DNA of 64,000 nt from Gammaproteobacteria bacterium (GTDB lineage: Bacteria; Pseudomonadota; Gammaproteobacteria; JAJPIJ01). The stretch covers positions 26,207 to 90,206 of the forward strand of contig JAJVHZ010000061.1 of the NCBI GenBank assembly GCA_022072255.1, written 5' to 3'. Each line of letters opens with the position of its first letter. Within the stretch, counting starts at the first letter, position 1. The notes beneath the pieces are model-generated. The model was given only the letters and a program-made list of their open reading frames with translations. It was not told the DNA's origin and ran no database searches. A program made the position numbers and the translations under genes. Shown here in pieces: positions 29,787-41,559 of this stretch.

Positions 29787-31376
29787 TCAGTGCTCGCGGG
29801 AGTTGCGGAAGGTCACCTCGGGCCATCTCTCCATCGCCAACTCCAGATTGACGCGGGTCGGCGCCAGGTAGGCGAGATTGCCGGCGCCGTCGGTGGCGAG
29901 GTTTGCGTGACATTTCTCCTCGAACTGCTCGAGCTTCGCCGCATCCTCGCAGCCGATCCATCGGGCGACGGCGATGCCTATCGGTTCGAAGGTGCACTCG
30001 ACGCCGTACTCGTGTTTCAGTCGCCAGGCCACCACGTCGAACTGCAGCGCGCCGACCGCCCCGAGGATGAGATCGTTGTTGATCCGCGGCCGGAAGACCT
30101 GGGTGGCCCCCTCCTCGCTCAGCTGCACAAGCCCCTTTTGAAGGGCCTTCATGCGCAGCGGGTCGCGGAGCACGACACGCCGGAACAGATCCGGGGCGAA
30201 ATAGGGTATGCCCGTGAACCTCAGCGTCTCGCCCTCGGTGAAGGTGTCTCCGATTTGGATGGTGCCGTGGTTGTGGATGCCCAGGATGTCGCCCGGCCAG
30301 GCCGCCTCGGCCTGATCGCGGTCCCGGGCCATGAATCGCAACGCGCCGCTGATCGTCACGTCCTTGCCGGTGCGAACCTGGTGGGCTCGCATTCCGTTCC
30401 CGAACCGCCCCGAGCACACGCGCAGGAAGGCGACCCGGTCGTGATGGGCCGGATCCATGTTCGCCTGGATCTTGAATACGAAGCCGCTGAACTTCTCCTC
30501 CTGGGGCTGTACCCTCCGCTCCAGCGCCTCGCGCGGTCGTGGTGGCGGGGCATGCTCGACGAAATAGTCCAGCAGCTCGCGCACGCCAAAACTGTTCAGG
30601 GCCGAGCCGAACAGCACGGGCGTGAGCCGGCCGGCGAGAAATTCCGCCTCATCCGGGAGGTCGCCGGCCCCGCCCAGTAGTTCCAGGGCCTCCTCGAAAT
30701 CCGCCAGCTGCGCTCCGAGCGCCTCGGCAACCGCGGCGTCCTTCAAGTCCGATATCACGTTACCTTCCGCCGCTCCGTCGCCACTGCGCGAGCGGTAAAG
30801 GCGCAAGTGCCCTGCGATGAGGTGATATACGCCGCGGAATCGCGTTCCCGAGCCGATCGGCCAGGTCACGGCGGCACAGCGGATCTTCAGCATCCGTTCG
30901 ATCTCGTCCATCAGATCGAGCGGATCGCGGCTTTCGCGGTCGAGCTTGTTGATGAACGTGATGATCGGGGTATCCCGCATGCGGCAGACTTCCATCAGCT
31001 TGATGGTGCGTTCCTCCACGCCCTTGGCCGCATCAATCACCATCAATGCAGCGTCCACGGCGGTGAGAGTGCGATAGGTGTCTTCGGAGAAGTCCTCGTG
31101 ACCCGGCGTATCGAGCAGATTCATGATGCGGTCCCGGTAGACGAACTGCATCACCGAGGAGGTGACGGAGATGCCGCGCTGCTTTTCGATCTCCATCCAG
31201 TCGGAAGTGGCGTGGCGCGAGCTTTTCCGGCCTTTTACGGTTCCGGCGATCTGGATTGCCCCGCCCAGGAGCAGCAGCTTCTCCGTCAGGGTGGTCTTGC
31301 CGGCATCGGGGTGCGAAATTATGGCGAAGGTGCGCCTGCGTGAGATCTCACGGTGAAGTTCGGACATGATTGACAA
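29787..31376 (-). CDS. prfC: peptide chain release factor 3
   Basis: 529 aa with the GTPase motif [12 protein letters not shown]. Its length matches E. coli PrfC. Confidence 0.93.
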   Translation of the reverse strand: MSIMSELHREISRRRTFAIISHPDAGKTTLTEKLLLLGGAIQIAGTVKGRKSSRHATSDWMEIEKQRGISVTSSVMQFVYRDRIMNLLDTPGHEDFSEDTYRTLTAVDAALMVIDAAKGVEERTIKLMEVCRMRDTPIITFINKLDRESRDPLDLMDEIERMLKIRCAAVTWPIGSGTRFRGVYHLIAGHLRLYRSRSGDGAAEGNVISDLKDAAVAEALGAQLADFEEALELLGGAGDLPDEAEFLAGRLTPVLFGSALNSFGVRELLDYFVEHAPPPRPREALERRVQPQEEKFSGFVFKIQANMDPAHHDRVAFLRVCSGRFGNGMRAHQVRTGKDVTISGALRFMARDRDQAEAAWPGDILGIHNHGTIQIGDTFTEGETLRFTGIPYFAPDLFRRVVLRDPLRMKALQKGLVQLSEEGATQVFRPRINNDLILGAVGALQFDVVAWRLKHEYGVECTFEPIGIAVARWIGCEDAAKLEQFEEKCHANLATDGAGNLAYLAPTRVNLELAMERWPEVTFRNSREH

Positions 31377-31385
31377 CCGATCGTA

Positions 31386-31784
31386 TCAGGACGAATGCGG
31401 CGACTGGCATCCTTCGAGCGTGACCATGGCGATCGAGTACTCGCCCTCGTCGCTCAGGCTCAGGTGACCACGCGTGACGCCGAGATACTCCATCCTTTCC
31501 CGTGCCCCACCGACGAATTCGAGCAGAGGCTTGCCGCGGGGGTCGCTGCCCACGATGATGTCGCGCGCGTGAACGCCGCCGGCGAAGCCGGTTCCGAGCG
31601 CCTTTGCGGCTGCCTCCTTGGCGGCGAACCGCTGCGCCAGGAATTCCGGTTTGCGCCTGGAGCCGGCGAACCGCGGGTACTCGGTGTCATGGAGTATGCG
31701 GCGCGCCAGCCGTTCCCCGTAACGCGCCATCCCCACGCGTATGCGTGCGACGCGCACCATGTCCACGCCTATTCCGATGATCAC
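31386..31784 (-). CDS. acpS: holo-ACP synthase
   Basis: It has the C-terminal 133 aa beginning [16 protein letters not shown] chose a GTG start overlapping the pdxJ stop; the longer ORF in the track is an extension into pdxJ. Confidence 0.85.
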   Translation of the reverse strand: MIIGIGVDMVRVARIRVGMARYGERLARRILHDTEYPRFAGSRRKPEFLAQRFAAKEAAAKALGTGFAGGVHARDIIVGSDPRGKPLLEFVGGARERMEYLGVTRGHLSLSDEGEYSIAMVTLEGCQSPHSS

Positions 31785-32518
31785 CGGCGCGCCTCGACCA
31801 TCAGCCGTTTCATCTCCCGCACGGCCTCCTCCATGCCACTGAGGATCGCGCGTGACACGATCGCGTGACCGATGTTGAGCTCCCGTACCACCGCGATGGC
31901 GGCTACCGGCTGCACGTTGTGATAGGTCAGCCCATGTCCCGCATTGACCTGCAGCCCGCATTGGTGCGCGAAGTTCGCCGCTCCCTGCAGGCGTTCCAGC
32001 TCCGCCCGGTGCGCAGGCGGGTCGGCCGCCGCGGCATAGTTTCCCGTATGCAGTTCGATGGCCGGCGCGCCGCATTCGGCTGCCGCATCGATCTGGCGTT
32101 CGTCGGCATCGATGAACAACGACACCCGGATGCCGGCATCGGCAAGCCGACGGCACGCCGACCGCACCCGGTTGAGCCTTCCGGCGACATCGAGGCCGCC
32201 CTCCGTGGTCAACTCTTCGCGTCGCTCCGGCACCAGGCAGCAGTCCTGCGGTTTGAGCCGGCGCGCGATGCGCAGCATTTCATCCGTCACTGCCATCTCC
32301 AGGTTCAGACGCGTCTGCAGGACCTCTTTCAGCACGGCGACGTCACGGTCCTGGATGTGCCGGCGGTCTTCCCGAAGGTGCACGGTGATGCTGTCGGCGC
32401 CCGCCCGCTCGGCAGCGAACGCGGCGTCGACCGGATCCGGGCAGCGCGCGCGACGGGCTTGTCTGAGCGTGGCCACGTGATCGACGTTAACGCCTAGATA
32501 GATGAATGCGTCGCGCAT
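31781..32518 (-). CDS. pdxJ: pyridoxine 5'-phosphate synthase
   Basis: [15 protein letters not shown] and the full PdxJ TIM-barrel are present. Confidence 0.92.
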   Translation of the reverse strand: MRDAFIYLGVNVDHVATLRQARRARCPDPVDAAFAAERAGADSITVHLREDRRHIQDRDVAVLKEVLQTRLNLEMAVTDEMLRIARRLKPQDCCLVPERREELTTEGGLDVAGRLNRVRSACRRLADAGIRVSLFIDADERQIDAAAECGAPAIELHTGNYAAAADPPAHRAELERLQGAANFAHQCGLQVNAGHGLTYHNVQPVAAIAVVRELNIGHAIVSRAILSGMEEAVREMKRLMVEARR

Positions 32519-32610
32519 GAGTCTGGGGGAAGGCAGATGAGAAATTCGGGCGGCGCGAATTGTATCAGTCCGGCGGCTGTCCCGCTCGGGTTTGCGTCCG
32601 GGCGCGCCGC

Positions 32611-33342
32611 TCAGTACTCGTCGAACCAGGCGCGGCTGTGCAGCGGTTTGTCGCCGAGGTGAATCCGGAGCAGGGCACGCAGCAGACGCTTGGCCTCGGC
32701 ACGGTGCAGCGGCGCCGTCAACTGCTCCTCGTTGAGCGCCAGCAGCGTCGCGCCGGAGATCGCGATACCTTCCTCGGGCGCCGCATCCCCATCCCGAACC
32801 GCAATCGGCCCATGCCCGGGAACGTAACGGTAGAGGCGCTCGGGATCGACCGGCCGTGCGGTGTCCGCGTCGCTGACGAGAATGACGCCGTAACCGGCGG
32901 TCTCCAGCAGATGTTTCTCGAATATCCGCAACGTCGGCTCGGCGGCGGCGGGCTCCGCCGCCAGCCGCTCCAGCGCCGCCCGATAACGCGCGTACAGCTC
33001 CGGATGCGCGTCGTTGCGGGGCAGTGCCCTGAGCAGCAGTTCGTTGAGATAGAACGCACAGAGCGCAGTCTGGCCGCTGATGGCGAACGGCTCGCCCGCG
33101 CCCTCCACCTGCACGAGCGTCACCAGCTCGCTACGGCGCGTCGACCATGCGGTCAGGAGCGGACGGAATGGTTGCAGCAGGGCGGCGAGCGGGCTGCCGC
33201 GTCGCGTGACGCCCCTGGCCACCGCGCCGATCCGACCGTGTCGCGCGGAGAACAATTCGACCAGCAGGCTGGATTCCCGATAGCTGCGGCGGTGCAGGAC
33301 GCAGGCCTCGTGCAGTTCAGTCTGCACGCCCCGGGCTCCCAC
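32611..33342 (-). CDS. recO: DNA repair protein RecO
   Basis: 243 aa with an N-terminal OB-fold ([19 protein letters not shown]). Its position in the era-recO-pdxJ block is conserved. Confidence 0.9.
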   Translation of the reverse strand: MGARGVQTELHEACVLHRRSYRESSLLVELFSARHGRIGAVARGVTRRGSPLAALLQPFRPLLTAWSTRRSELVTLVQVEGAGEPFAISGQTALCAFYLNELLLRALPRNDAHPELYARYRAALERLAAEPAAAEPTLRIFEKHLLETAGYGVILVSDADTARPVDPERLYRYVPGHGPIAVRDGDAAPEEGIAISGATLLALNEEQLTAPLHRAEAKRLLRALLRIHLGDKPLHSRAWFDEY

Positions 33343-33362
33343 GGCGATTGCGGATGGTGCGT

Positions 33363-34253
33363 TCAGTCGGCGACGTCGATGCCGAGCTGCCGCAGCAAGC
33401 GGCTGTCATCGGACCAATTCTCCTTCACCCGCACCCAGGTCTGCAGGAAGACCTTGCGCCCCAGAAACCGCTCGATGTCGTGGCGCGCCTGTTCGCCTAT
33501 CCGGCGCAGCATACGGCCGCCCTTGCCCACGACGATCGGCTTCTGACCGCTCCTCTCCACCCAGATCGTCGCGGCGATTCGGGTCATCCGCTCGTCGTCC
33601 TTGAATTCATCGATGACGACGCTGGTGGCATAAGGGAGTTCCTCACCCAGCAGCCGGGTGAGTTTCTCGCGGACGATCTCGGCAACGAAGAATCGCTCGC
33701 CGCGGTCGGAGATCTGGTCGCCATCGTAGAGATGATCGCGCTCGGGGAGCAGCGCGGCGATGCACCGGTGCAAGGCATCGATATTGTCTCCACTGCGCGC
33801 GGAGACGGGCACGATGTCATTGAAGGAAAGCTTGCCGGCGAGATTCTCGAGCACGGGCAGCAGCGTCTTCTTTTCCTTGATGAGATCGACCTTGTTCACC
33901 GCCAGGATGACTGGCAGGCCCGCGGCCCTGACCTGCGCGAGCGCATGGTCGTCGGCATCGGTCCACCGGTCGGCCTGCACCACCAGGAGCACCAGGTCTA
34001 CGCCTTCGAGCGCGCCCAGGGCCTCGCGATTCATGGAACGATTGAGCGCCTTGGCGGGGCGCACCTGCAGGCCGGGCGTGTCCACGTACACGACCTGCAT
34101 CTCGTCCTCGGTGTGTACGCCCAGTATGCGTTGGCGCGTGGTCTGGGGCTTGCGGGAAGTGATGCTGAGCTTCTGGCCGAGCAGCCGGTTCAGCAGCGTC
34201 GACTTGCCGACGTTCGGGCAGCCGAAAATGGCAACGATACCGCAACGTGGCAT
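33363..34253 (-). CDS. era: GTPase Era
   Basis: It has G1 GCPNVGKSTL, G3 DTPG and a C-terminal KH domain. The start ATG at 34253 lies directly after the rnc stop. Confidence 0.93.
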   Translation of the reverse strand: MPRCGIVAIFGCPNVGKSTLLNRLLGQKLSITSRKPQTTRQRILGVHTEDEMQVVYVDTPGLQVRPAKALNRSMNREALGALEGVDLVLLVVQADRWTDADDHALAQVRAAGLPVILAVNKVDLIKEKKTLLPVLENLAGKLSFNDIVPVSARSGDNIDALHRCIAALLPERDHLYDGDQISDRGERFFVAEIVREKLTRLLGEELPYATSVVIDEFKDDERMTRIAATIWVERSGQKPIVVGKGGRMLRRIGEQARHDIERFLGRKVFLQTWVRVKENWSDDSRLLRQLGIDVAD

Positions 34254-34254
34254 G

Positions 34255-34935
34255 CTAGTTTCCCCCGGCACTCCGGCCGAGCAGCCGCGCGAGCATGCGC
34301 TCCGCCGCCTGTTGTTCGGCATGCCGCCGGCTGCGTCCCTCGCCGGTGACGGGGGCCAGGGCATCCTCCAGCATGCATTCGACGACGAAATGCTGGTCGT
34401 GCGGATCGCCCTCCACCCGCGTCGTGCGGTATGTCGGCAGCGGCCGACCGCGCGCCTGCAGCCACTCCTGCAGCTCGGTCTTGGGGTCCTTGGTCATCTC
34501 GGCGGCGGACAGGTTCGCGATCCGCCGATCGAGCAGGCGCGTGATCGCGGCACGGCAGGCCTCATATCCGCCGTCGAGATAGATGGCGCCGAGGATCGCC
34601 TCCAGTGCGTTCGCGAGGATGGAGGCCCGGCGAAAACCGCCGCTCTTCAGCTCGCCTTCGCCGAGGCGCAGGTGCGCGCCGAGATCGAGTTCGGCGGCCA
34701 GCTCGGCAAGCGTCTCCTTGCGCACCAGCGCCGCACGCAGGCGGGTGAGCAGGCCCTCATCGGCGTCCGGGAAGCGCCGGTAGACCTCCTCGGCAACGAC
34801 CAGCCCCAGCATCGCGTCGCCCAGGAATTCCAGGCGCTCGTTGTGAGGATATCCGGCACTGCGATGGGTGAGCGCCTGTGTGCACAGGCGCCCGTCGGCG
34901 AATTCGTATTGGAGTGTCGCGGACAGATTGGCCAA
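34255..34935 (-). CDS. rnc: ribonuclease III
   Basis: It has the RNase III signature ERLEFLGDA and a C-terminal dsRBD. Confidence 0.95.
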   Translation of the reverse strand: MANLSATLQYEFADGRLCTQALTHRSAGYPHNERLEFLGDAMLGLVVAEEVYRRFPDADEGLLTRLRAALVRKETLAELAAELDLGAHLRLGEGELKSGGFRRASILANALEAILGAIYLDGGYEACRAAITRLLDRRIANLSAAEMTKDPKTELQEWLQARGRPLPTYRTTRVEGDPHDQHFVVECMLEDALAPVTGEGRSRRHAEQQAAERMLARLLGRSAGGN

Positions 34936-34985
34936 GGCCGCCTCAGCCCTGCGCCTGGGGTCGCCGGGGTCGCGCGGCGGCGTGC

Positions 34986-35387
34986 TCAGGGGGTGTAGGC
35001 CGGGATGGCGATCTGCTTGTCCACCCTGAGGACGACATCGAGCGCGCCCAGGAAAGGAGCGCGGATCTCGTACTTCATGCTCATGGTGCGGCCTTCATTG
35101 TCCTTGTTCTTGGTGACGGTGAAGATCTTCTTCAGGTCCTCCGGGCGGCTGAACTTGTCGACATCCTCGATCTCGAAATGCCGCAGCAGTCGGTACTTCA
35201 TTTCGGACTCGTCGAGCGTGCGGATCTCGGTCTGCGCGGCGAGCGATTGCATCGCCTTCTCGACCTTGAACTTCTCCATGTACAGCGGCAGGAGCTTGAT
35301 GACGACCAGCGCCGCCGCGGCGACGAGCACGCAGTAGAACAACAGTTCCCAAAGACTAAGACCCCGCTGCCGATGTGATAGGTTCAT
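34986..35387 (-). CDS. DUF4845-domain small membrane-anchored protein
   Basis: It has an N-terminal TM helix. Its position between lepB and rnc is conserved in gammaproteobacteria. Confidence 0.6.
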   Translation of the reverse strand: MNLSHRQRGLSLWELLFYCVLVAAAALVVIKLLPLYMEKFKVEKAMQSLAAQTEIRTLDESEMKYRLLRHFEIEDVDKFSRPEDLKKIFTVTKNKDNEGRTMSMKYEIRAPFLGALDVVLRVDKQIAIPAYTP

Positions 35388-35401
35388 CTTGCCCCTCCCC
35401 C

Positions 35402-36226
35402 TCAATGGATACGCTGGCCCAGGCGCCGCCAGTCAATTATATGGTCCTTGTTCTGCAGATCGAAATTCATCCAGATGTAGACCGCCCGGCCGATGAGATT
35501 CTCGTCGGGGACGAAACCCCAGAACCGGCTGTCCCGGCTGTTGTCCCGGTTGTCGCCCATGACGAAGTAGTGCCCTTCGGGGACGATGCTTTCCCCGTCC
35601 ATGGACGGCAGTTGCGGCCGGATGAGGATCAGGTGGTCCACGTCCCCCAGCTTTTCCGTCATCATCGGGTCGCCGTCCTGGTCGGAGCCCGCCCCGGCGC
35701 CGACATAGGTGCCCGCCGGCTCCAGCGTCATCGCCTGGCCATTGACGTAAAGCGTGCGATCCCGGTATTCGATATGGTCGCCGGGCAACCCGACAACCCG
35801 CTTGATGAAGGGTGTCGAAGGGTCCACGGGGTAGCGGAACACGACGACGTCGCCGCGCCGCGGTGAGCCCAGCTCGACGAACTTCTTGTTGAGCACCGGC
35901 AGGCGCAGACCGTAGTTGAACTTGTTCACCAGGATGAAGTCGCCCACCAGCAGCGTCGGCATCATCGAGCCGGAGGGGATCCGGAACGGCTCGAACAGGA
36001 ACGACCGCAGTAGCAGAACGACCAGGAAGATCGGGAAGAACGAGCGCGCGTAGTCGACGATCACCGGCTCGCGGCGCGAGGCCTGTATCGTCCTGTCGTC
36101 GGCGCCTGCCGTGCGCGTCATCGTGGCGCGCTGGCGCCGCGGCGCCAGCACCCATGCATCGGCTGCCCAGATGACACCGCTCGCCAGGGTCAACAATACC
36201 AGCAGCAGAGAGAAGTCGAAGTTCAT
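35402..36226 (-). CDS. lepB: signal peptidase I
   Basis: S26 motifs are present ([16 protein letters not shown], the [11 protein letters not shown] box). It overlaps lepA by 4 nt. Confidence 0.93.
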   Translation of the reverse strand: MNFDFSLLLVLLTLASGVIWAADAWVLAPRRQRATMTRTAGADDRTIQASRREPVIVDYARSFFPIFLVVLLLRSFLFEPFRIPSGSMMPTLLVGDFILVNKFNYGLRLPVLNKKFVELGSPRRGDVVVFRYPVDPSTPFIKRVVGLPGDHIEYRDRTLYVNGQAMTLEPAGTYVGAGAGSDQDGDPMMTEKLGDVDHLILIRPQLPSMDGESIVPEGHYFVMGDNRDNSRDSRFWGFVPDENLIGRAVYIWMNFDLQNKDHIIDWRRLGQRIH

Positions 36227-38019
36227 TTTTCCTTGCCTATGCTCAAGACCGCCATGAAGGCTTCCTGGGGGATCTCAACGGTGCCGAATTGCTTCATGCG
36301 CTTCTTGCCCTCTTTCTGCTTCTCGAGCAGCTTGCGTTTGCGGGTGATGTCGCCCCCGTAGCATTTCGCCAGCACGTTCTTGCGCATCGCCCTGACCGTC
36401 TCGCGCGCAATGATGTTCGAGCCGATGGCGGCCTGTATCGCCACGTCGAACATCTGACGCGGGATGAGCTCGCGCATCTTCTCCGCCAGCTCGCGTCCCC
36501 GCCGCTGGGCGTTGTCCTGGTGCACGATGAGCGAGAGGGCGTCGACCTTCTCGCCGTTGATGAGGATGTCGACCTTGACGAGCTTTGCCGGCTGGTGCCG
36601 CAGGAAGGTGTAGTCCATCGAGGCGTATCCGCGTGTGACCGATTTCAGCCGGTCGAAGAAATCGGTGACCATCTCGCTCAGCGGCATCTCGTAGGCGATC
36701 GCGACCTGGCCGCCGAGGTACTGCATGCGCTTCTGCACGCCCCGGCGCTCCGCGCACAGCGTGATGACGTTGCCGAGGTACTGGTGCGGCACCAGGACGT
36801 CGGCCTGGATGATGGGCTCGCGGATCTCCTCGATCTTGTTCACGGGCGGCAGTTGCGCAGGGTTGTCGACCTGCAGTACCTCACCGCCGGCCGTCAACAC
36901 CTCGTAAACCACCGTCGGCGCCGTGGTGATGAGGTTGAGGCCGTATTCCCGCTCCAGCCGCTCCTGCACGATCTCCATGTGCAGCATGCCGAGGAATCCG
37001 CACCGGAATCCGAATCCCAGCGACTGGGAGGTCTCCGGCTCGTACTGCAGGGCCGAATCATTCAGGCGCAGCTTGGCCAGGGCCTCGCGGAAGGCCTCGT
37101 AATCGGCCTGATCGATCGGATACAGGCCGGCGAACACGTTCGGCTTGATGCGCTTGAAGCCGGGCAGCGGTGCCTTCGCCGGTCGGCCGGAGTCGGTGAG
37201 CGTGTCGCCCACGGGCGCCCCGTCGACTTCCTTGATCCCCGCGATTACCCATCCCACCTCCCCCGCCTGCAGCATCTCGCGATCCACCTTCTTGGGCGTG
37301 GAGATCCCCACCCTGTCGACCTCGAAGTCGCGGCCGGTCGACATCACCCGGACCTTCGAGCCTACCCGCAGACTGCCGTCCACGACCCGTACCAGCGAGA
37401 CCACGCCCAGGTAGTTGTCGAACCACGAATCGATGATCAGGGCCTGCAGCGGCCCGTCCGGGTTCCCGCGGGGCGGCGGTATCCGATCGACCAGCACGTG
37501 CAGCAATTCGCGCACGCCCGTGCCCAGCTTGGCGCTTACCCGCACGGCGTCGGTGGCGTCGATGCCGATGATCTCCTCGATCTCCTGGATGACCCGGTCG
37601 GGGTCCGCGGCCGGCAGGTCAATCTTGTTCAGGACCGGCAGCACCGTCAGCCCCTGGTCGACCGCCGTGTGGCAGTTCGCCACCGACTGGGCCTCGACTC
37701 CCTGGGCGGCGTCGACCACCAACAGCGCCCCTTCGCATGCGGCGAGCGAGCGGGAGACTTCGTAGGCGAAGTCCACGTGCCCGGGCGTGTCGATGATATT
37801 GAGCTGGTAGGCCTTGCCGGTGTCGGCCTTGAACCCGAGCGTGACGCTCTGGGCCTTGATGGTGATGCCCCGCTCGCGTTCCAGATCCATGGAGTCCAGC
37901 ACCTGGGACTCCATCTCGCGCTGGGTCAGGCCGCCGCAGATCTCGATCAACCGGTCGGCAAGCGTCGATTTGCCGTGGTCGATGTGGGCGATGATGGAGA
38001 AGTTTCGAATGTGGTCCAT
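36223..38019 (-). CDS. lepA: elongation factor 4
   Basis: It begins [17 protein letters not shown] and is 598 aa. Confidence 0.95.
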   Translation of the reverse strand: MDHIRNFSIIAHIDHGKSTLADRLIEICGGLTQREMESQVLDSMDLERERGITIKAQSVTLGFKADTGKAYQLNIIDTPGHVDFAYEVSRSLAACEGALLVVDAAQGVEAQSVANCHTAVDQGLTVLPVLNKIDLPAADPDRVIQEIEEIIGIDATDAVRVSAKLGTGVRELLHVLVDRIPPPRGNPDGPLQALIIDSWFDNYLGVVSLVRVVDGSLRVGSKVRVMSTGRDFEVDRVGISTPKKVDREMLQAGEVGWVIAGIKEVDGAPVGDTLTDSGRPAKAPLPGFKRIKPNVFAGLYPIDQADYEAFREALAKLRLNDSALQYEPETSQSLGFGFRCGFLGMLHMEIVQERLEREYGLNLITTAPTVVYEVLTAGGEVLQVDNPAQLPPVNKIEEIREPIIQADVLVPHQYLGNVITLCAERRGVQKRMQYLGGQVAIAYEMPLSEMVTDFFDRLKSVTRGYASMDYTFLRHQPAKLVKVDILINGEKVDALSLIVHQDNAQRRGRELAEKMRELIPRQMFDVAIQAAIGSNIIARETVRAMRKNVLAKCYGGDITRKRKLLEKQKEGKKRMKQFGTVEIPQEAFMAVLSIGKEK

Positions 38020-38095
38020 GCCGGCGCGGGCGTTCGTGTTTCTGGGAGTTTCCGCGCATCCGAACCGCGCGCCCGCCGTCGGGCGGGAGAGCAGA

Positions 38096-38398
38096 TCAAG
38101 GGGTCTCTCGATCGCGCGCCGATTCTAGCGTCTTTGCGGCGCTGCCGGAACCTTTGACACCCAGGTGGCCGATGACCGCACCGGGGTCCAGATGGTAATG
38201 GCAGATCTCGGTCTGCCCGTCGAGCAGTACCGGAACGAGCTCGTCGTAGTGGGAGTGGAGCGCCGCGTGACCGGCCGCGTCGATGTCGATGACCTCGATG
38301 TCGAAGTCGTGCGTGACCTGCAGCGCCTTCAGGGCCCGCAGCATGTCCGCGCAGAGATGGCAATAAGACCGCGAGAGCAGCGTCAGCCGCGGCCTCAC
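38096..38398 (-). CDS. glutaredoxin-like (thioredoxin-fold, DUF836-type) small protein
   Basis: 100 aa with a CxxC motif (SYCHLCADM). It sits between mucD and lepA and overlaps the mucD stop. Confidence 0.6.
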   Translation of the reverse strand: MRPRLTLLSRSYCHLCADMLRALKALQVTHDFDIEVIDIDAAGHAALHSHYDELVPVLLDGQTEICHYHLDPGAVIGHLGVKGSGSAAKTLESARDRETP

Positions 38399-39846
38399 CC
38401 CTTGTCGTCCCCGGGGACCTTCAGGGCCAGAAATACCGGCCCGCCGCGCCGCTGTATCAGTACCGGCACCGACTTGCCCGCTGGCAGCTTGTCGACGATC
38501 TCCTTGAACTGCCTGGCGTTCTCCACCTTCTGGTTGTCGACCATCATGATGACGTCGCCCTCGCGGATCCCGGCCTTGTACGCCGGCCCGTCCTCCACCT
38601 CGGTGACGATCACGCCGCGGTCCTCGACCTCGAGCTCATCGCGTTGCTGCCTGGTCAGATCGCTGACCGTGAGCTTGAGCTGACTGTCCGAGCTGCCCTT
38701 GGGCTTGCCCTCGCGGTCACCGAGCATCGGTGCGAGTTCGTCCTCCTTGGGAAGTTCCGCCACGGCGACCTGCAGGGACTCCACCCGGCCGTTGCGCATC
38801 ACCTTGAGGGGGACCGTCTCGCCGATCCGGGTACTGCCGACCAGAGGCGGCAGATCCGAGGAGGTATCGATCGGTCTGCCTGCAAACTCGAGCACCACGT
38901 CGCCGGCCTGTATACCGGCCTTGGCGGCCGGTCCGTCGGGCACCACCTTCGAGACCAGGGCACCGTGCGGCTTGTCCATCTTGAAGGATTCCGCCAGGTC
39001 CTGGGTGACGTCCTGGATGATGACGCCGAGCCAGCCGCGGCTGACCGCACCTTTCTCGCGCAGCTGCTCGTAGACGTTCATCACCACCTCGATCGGGATG
39101 GCGAAGGAAAGTCCCATGAATCCGCCGGTGCGGCTGAAGATCTGGGAATTCACGCCGACCACCTCGCCGTCGAGATTGAACAGTGGCCCTCCGGAATTGC
39201 CGGGATTGATGGCGACGTCCGTCTGGATGAAAGGCGTGTAGTTCTCGTTCGGCAGGCTGCGCCCCTTGGCGCTGACGATGCCGGCGGTTGCCGAGTGGTC
39301 GAATCCGAACGGGGACCCGATCGCGAGCACCCACTCGCCGACCTTCAGGTCTGCGGAACTGCCGACCTTCACCGTCGGCAGGTTCTGGGCGTCGATCCTG
39401 AGCACGGCGAGGTCGCTGCGCTCGTCCGTACCGATGAGCTTGGCCTTGAATTCGCGCCGATCGCTCAACCGCACCATGATCTCGTCGGCGTCCTTGACGA
39501 CATGATTGTTGGTGATGACGTAGCCGTCGCGGGAGATGATGAATCCCGACCCGAGAGACTCCGCCGGCACGTCGCTGCCGAAACCTTCCTGGCCTTCGAA
39601 GAACTTCTTCAGAAAGTCGTGCAGCGGACTGTCCTCGGGGATGTCGGGGATCTTGAAGTCCTTCGGTATGCCAGTCCCCCCCTTCGGACTCGTCGAGGTG
39701 GTTCCGATATTGACTACCGCGGGTCCGTATTCCTCCACCAGTTGCGTGAACTCGGGGAGCGATCGGGCCGCGGACGCGCTCGCCCACGCGTACAGCGTGG
39801 CCGCGGCCAGCACGAACAGGTAGCGTTTGATAGCCTGCATGGTCAC
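38395..39846 (-). CDS. mucD: periplasmic serine endoprotease DegP/MucD (Do family)
   Basis: It has a signal peptide, a trypsin-like domain (GSGFIISRDGYVITNNHVV; GNSGGPL) and two PDZ domains. Confidence 0.9.
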   Translation of the reverse strand: MTMQAIKRYLFVLAAATLYAWASASAARSLPEFTQLVEEYGPAVVNIGTTSTSPKGGTGIPKDFKIPDIPEDSPLHDFLKKFFEGQEGFGSDVPAESLGSGFIISRDGYVITNNHVVKDADEIMVRLSDRREFKAKLIGTDERSDLAVLRIDAQNLPTVKVGSSADLKVGEWVLAIGSPFGFDHSATAGIVSAKGRSLPNENYTPFIQTDVAINPGNSGGPLFNLDGEVVGVNSQIFSRTGGFMGLSFAIPIEVVMNVYEQLREKGAVSRGWLGVIIQDVTQDLAESFKMDKPHGALVSKVVPDGPAAKAGIQAGDVVLEFAGRPIDTSSDLPPLVGSTRIGETVPLKVMRNGRVESLQVAVAELPKEDELAPMLGDREGKPKGSSDSQLKLTVSDLTRQQRDELEVEDRGVIVTEVEDGPAYKAGIREGDVIMMVDNQKVENARQFKEIVDKLPAGKSVPVLIQRRGGPVFLALKVPGDDKG

Positions 39847-39882
39847 TCCCCCAAAAATGATTCGGTCCCCCGCCGGATGCGG

Positions 39883-40884
39883 TCAATGCCTGTTTGCAAG
39901 CACCACGGAGCCGGCGATCTGGCGCACCGTGAGCGGCGGTACTTCGCCCACGACCGTCACCTGATAATTGTCGTTCAATCTGCTATAGGTGTTCACGGCG
40001 CCCACGGCGGTGAAGCCTTCCAGGGAGTCGGCCTTGTCCTTCAGTTTCTCGACGAACACCGATATCGTCGCCAGTCCGTCGGAGAACACGATATGCTCCA
40101 CGGGCGAGTCGCTGGCCGAGAGCCGCTGGATCTTGTATTCGCGTTGCGAAAACCCCTCCGGGACCCACTGGACCAGCCATTTCTGCGCGACGGGCAGTTC
40201 CAGGGACGGGCTCTCCTCGGACCTGCTCTTGTCGAAGGTCGTGAAATTATCGCTGTTCACTGCCGGCCGCAGAAGATCATCGGCGATGGTCGCCGGCAGC
40301 GTCAGTTGGGTGAAGAGTATCTGCTCCAGGATGGTGCCGCGGCTGTTGACGACCTCCGAACGAAGCAGGAGCCGATTCTCGGCGTCGATCCAGAATCGAT
40401 AGCCATAACGAAACGCGCTGCGCGGCAGCACGCCGATTACCCATGCGCGCCGCCCCGCAACTCTGTCCCGTCCGATCAGCTCGAACTGGTAGTTGACCGC
40501 GATCTCCGATGCGGGCTGCCGGAAGCTGGGGAGAAACTTGCGCATGGCGCGCTTCTCGATCATCACCGCGCGGCGGTCGGGCAGATAGCATTTCACCGTA
40601 TCGTTGCTGCGTATGACCTCGCGGGGCGATCCCGAGAGGGAGACTATGCGCTCCTGCTCGCCGTTCTCGTCAGCGCGGTGGATGACGCGCATGCTGTCGG
40701 CGTCCACGCCGCGGCTGTAAACGAACACGCCGTCGTAGTTCAGTTCGCGCGTCGCCCGGGCCATGCTCTCGAACAGGCTCTCCGGAGTGGGATCGCCGCC
40801 CGTCCCGGCCTGGGCGTGCCCGGCGGCCAGCAGCGCGACCAGCCATAACCAGACGCGGCCCCGGGACTTTGCCGTCACCGCCAT
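39883..40884 (-). CDS. rseB: sigma-E factor regulatory protein RseB/MucB
   Basis: It has a signal peptide, the MucB_RseB N- and C-domains, and the expected position in the operon. Confidence 0.88.
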   Translation of the reverse strand: MAVTAKSRGRVWLWLVALLAAGHAQAGTGGDPTPESLFESMARATRELNYDGVFVYSRGVDADSMRVIHRADENGEQERIVSLSGSPREVIRSNDTVKCYLPDRRAVMIEKRAMRKFLPSFRQPASEIAVNYQFELIGRDRVAGRRAWVIGVLPRSAFRYGYRFWIDAENRLLLRSEVVNSRGTILEQILFTQLTLPATIADDLLRPAVNSDNFTTFDKSRSEESPSLELPVAQKWLVQWVPEGFSQREYKIQRLSASDSPVEHIVFSDGLATISVFVEKLKDKADSLEGFTAVGAVNTYSRLNDNYQVTVVGEVPPLTVRQIAGSVVLANRH

Positions 40885-40887
40885 TCG

Positions 40888-41559
40888 CTACTGGTCCGTG
40901 CCGTAACCAACGACCTTGACGTAAGGGAGCACGCCCGGGCTGCCCATCATGGCGCGCTGTTCACTGTAGTTCACGATGTAGCTGTTCAACCTGGACCGCG
41001 CCGAGGGCATCGGCGCGCCGCCGGCTTCGCGGCCGGGCTCGCCCCAGAACGCGTCGCCGGGACCGTAGGCGCCGACCGCACGGAGCGGCTCGTGCGCGGG
41101 AGCCTCGACCAGGGCCGCTGCCGGTGCAAACGGCTGCTGTGCGACGAGCGACGAGCCGGCGGGGAGCGTCGCCGGCGAGGTCGCGATCGCCGCGCCCGGC
41201 GATACGGTCGAGGTGCCCATGTTGCGCACTCCGAAGACCGCCACGGCGGCGACTGTCGCCGCGATCGCAGCCCCTGCCAGCGGCCTTGTCCAGTGCTCGC
41301 GGCGGCGTGCCGGCGACAACACGGTCGGTTCCGCGCCGAGCGCCTGCCGGAGGCGGTCGCCGAACTGCCTGTCGAGGTAGGGCGGCAGTTCCGCGCGCAT
41401 GGCCTGGCCCATGAGGTGGTAACGCGCCCAGCAGGCGCGCATCTCGGGGTCATTGAGGCTGTTTTCAACGGCACGGCGCTCGATCTCCGTGCATGCTCCG
41501 TCCACATACGAGGACAGCTTCAGCAGCTTCTCATCTGTCATAAGTACCCGCCTACTCAA
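40888..41559 (-). CDS. rseA: anti-sigma-E factor RseA/MucA
   Basis: It has the N-terminal anti-sigma domain (LSSYVDGA...WARYHLMGQAMR), a central TM segment and a Pro/Ala-rich periplasmic part. It overlaps the rpoE stop. Confidence 0.75.
   Translation of the reverse strand: MSRRVLMTDEKLLKLSSYVDGACTEIERRAVENSLNDPEMRACWARYHLMGQAMRAELPPYLDRQFGDRLRQALGAEPTVLSPARRREHWTRPLAGAAIAATVAAVAVFGVRNMGTSTVSPGAAIATSPATLPAGSSLVAQQPFAPAAALVEAPAHEPLRAVGAYGPGDAFWGEPGREAGGAPMPSARSRLNSYIVNYSEQRAMMGSPGVLPYVKVVGYGTDQ

Noticed and set aside
27229-30417. 1062-aa ORF on the minus strand
   Set aside because: It is antisense to rne and prfC. Its composition is Arg/Gly/Ala-rich low complexity typical of GC-rich shadow frames, it has no recognisable domains, and the sense-strand genes are unambiguous.
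29787-31376. Possible programmed frameshift in a release-factor gene
   Set aside because: The frameshift applies to prfB (RF2), not prfC (RF3). prfC here is a single intact 529-codon frame.
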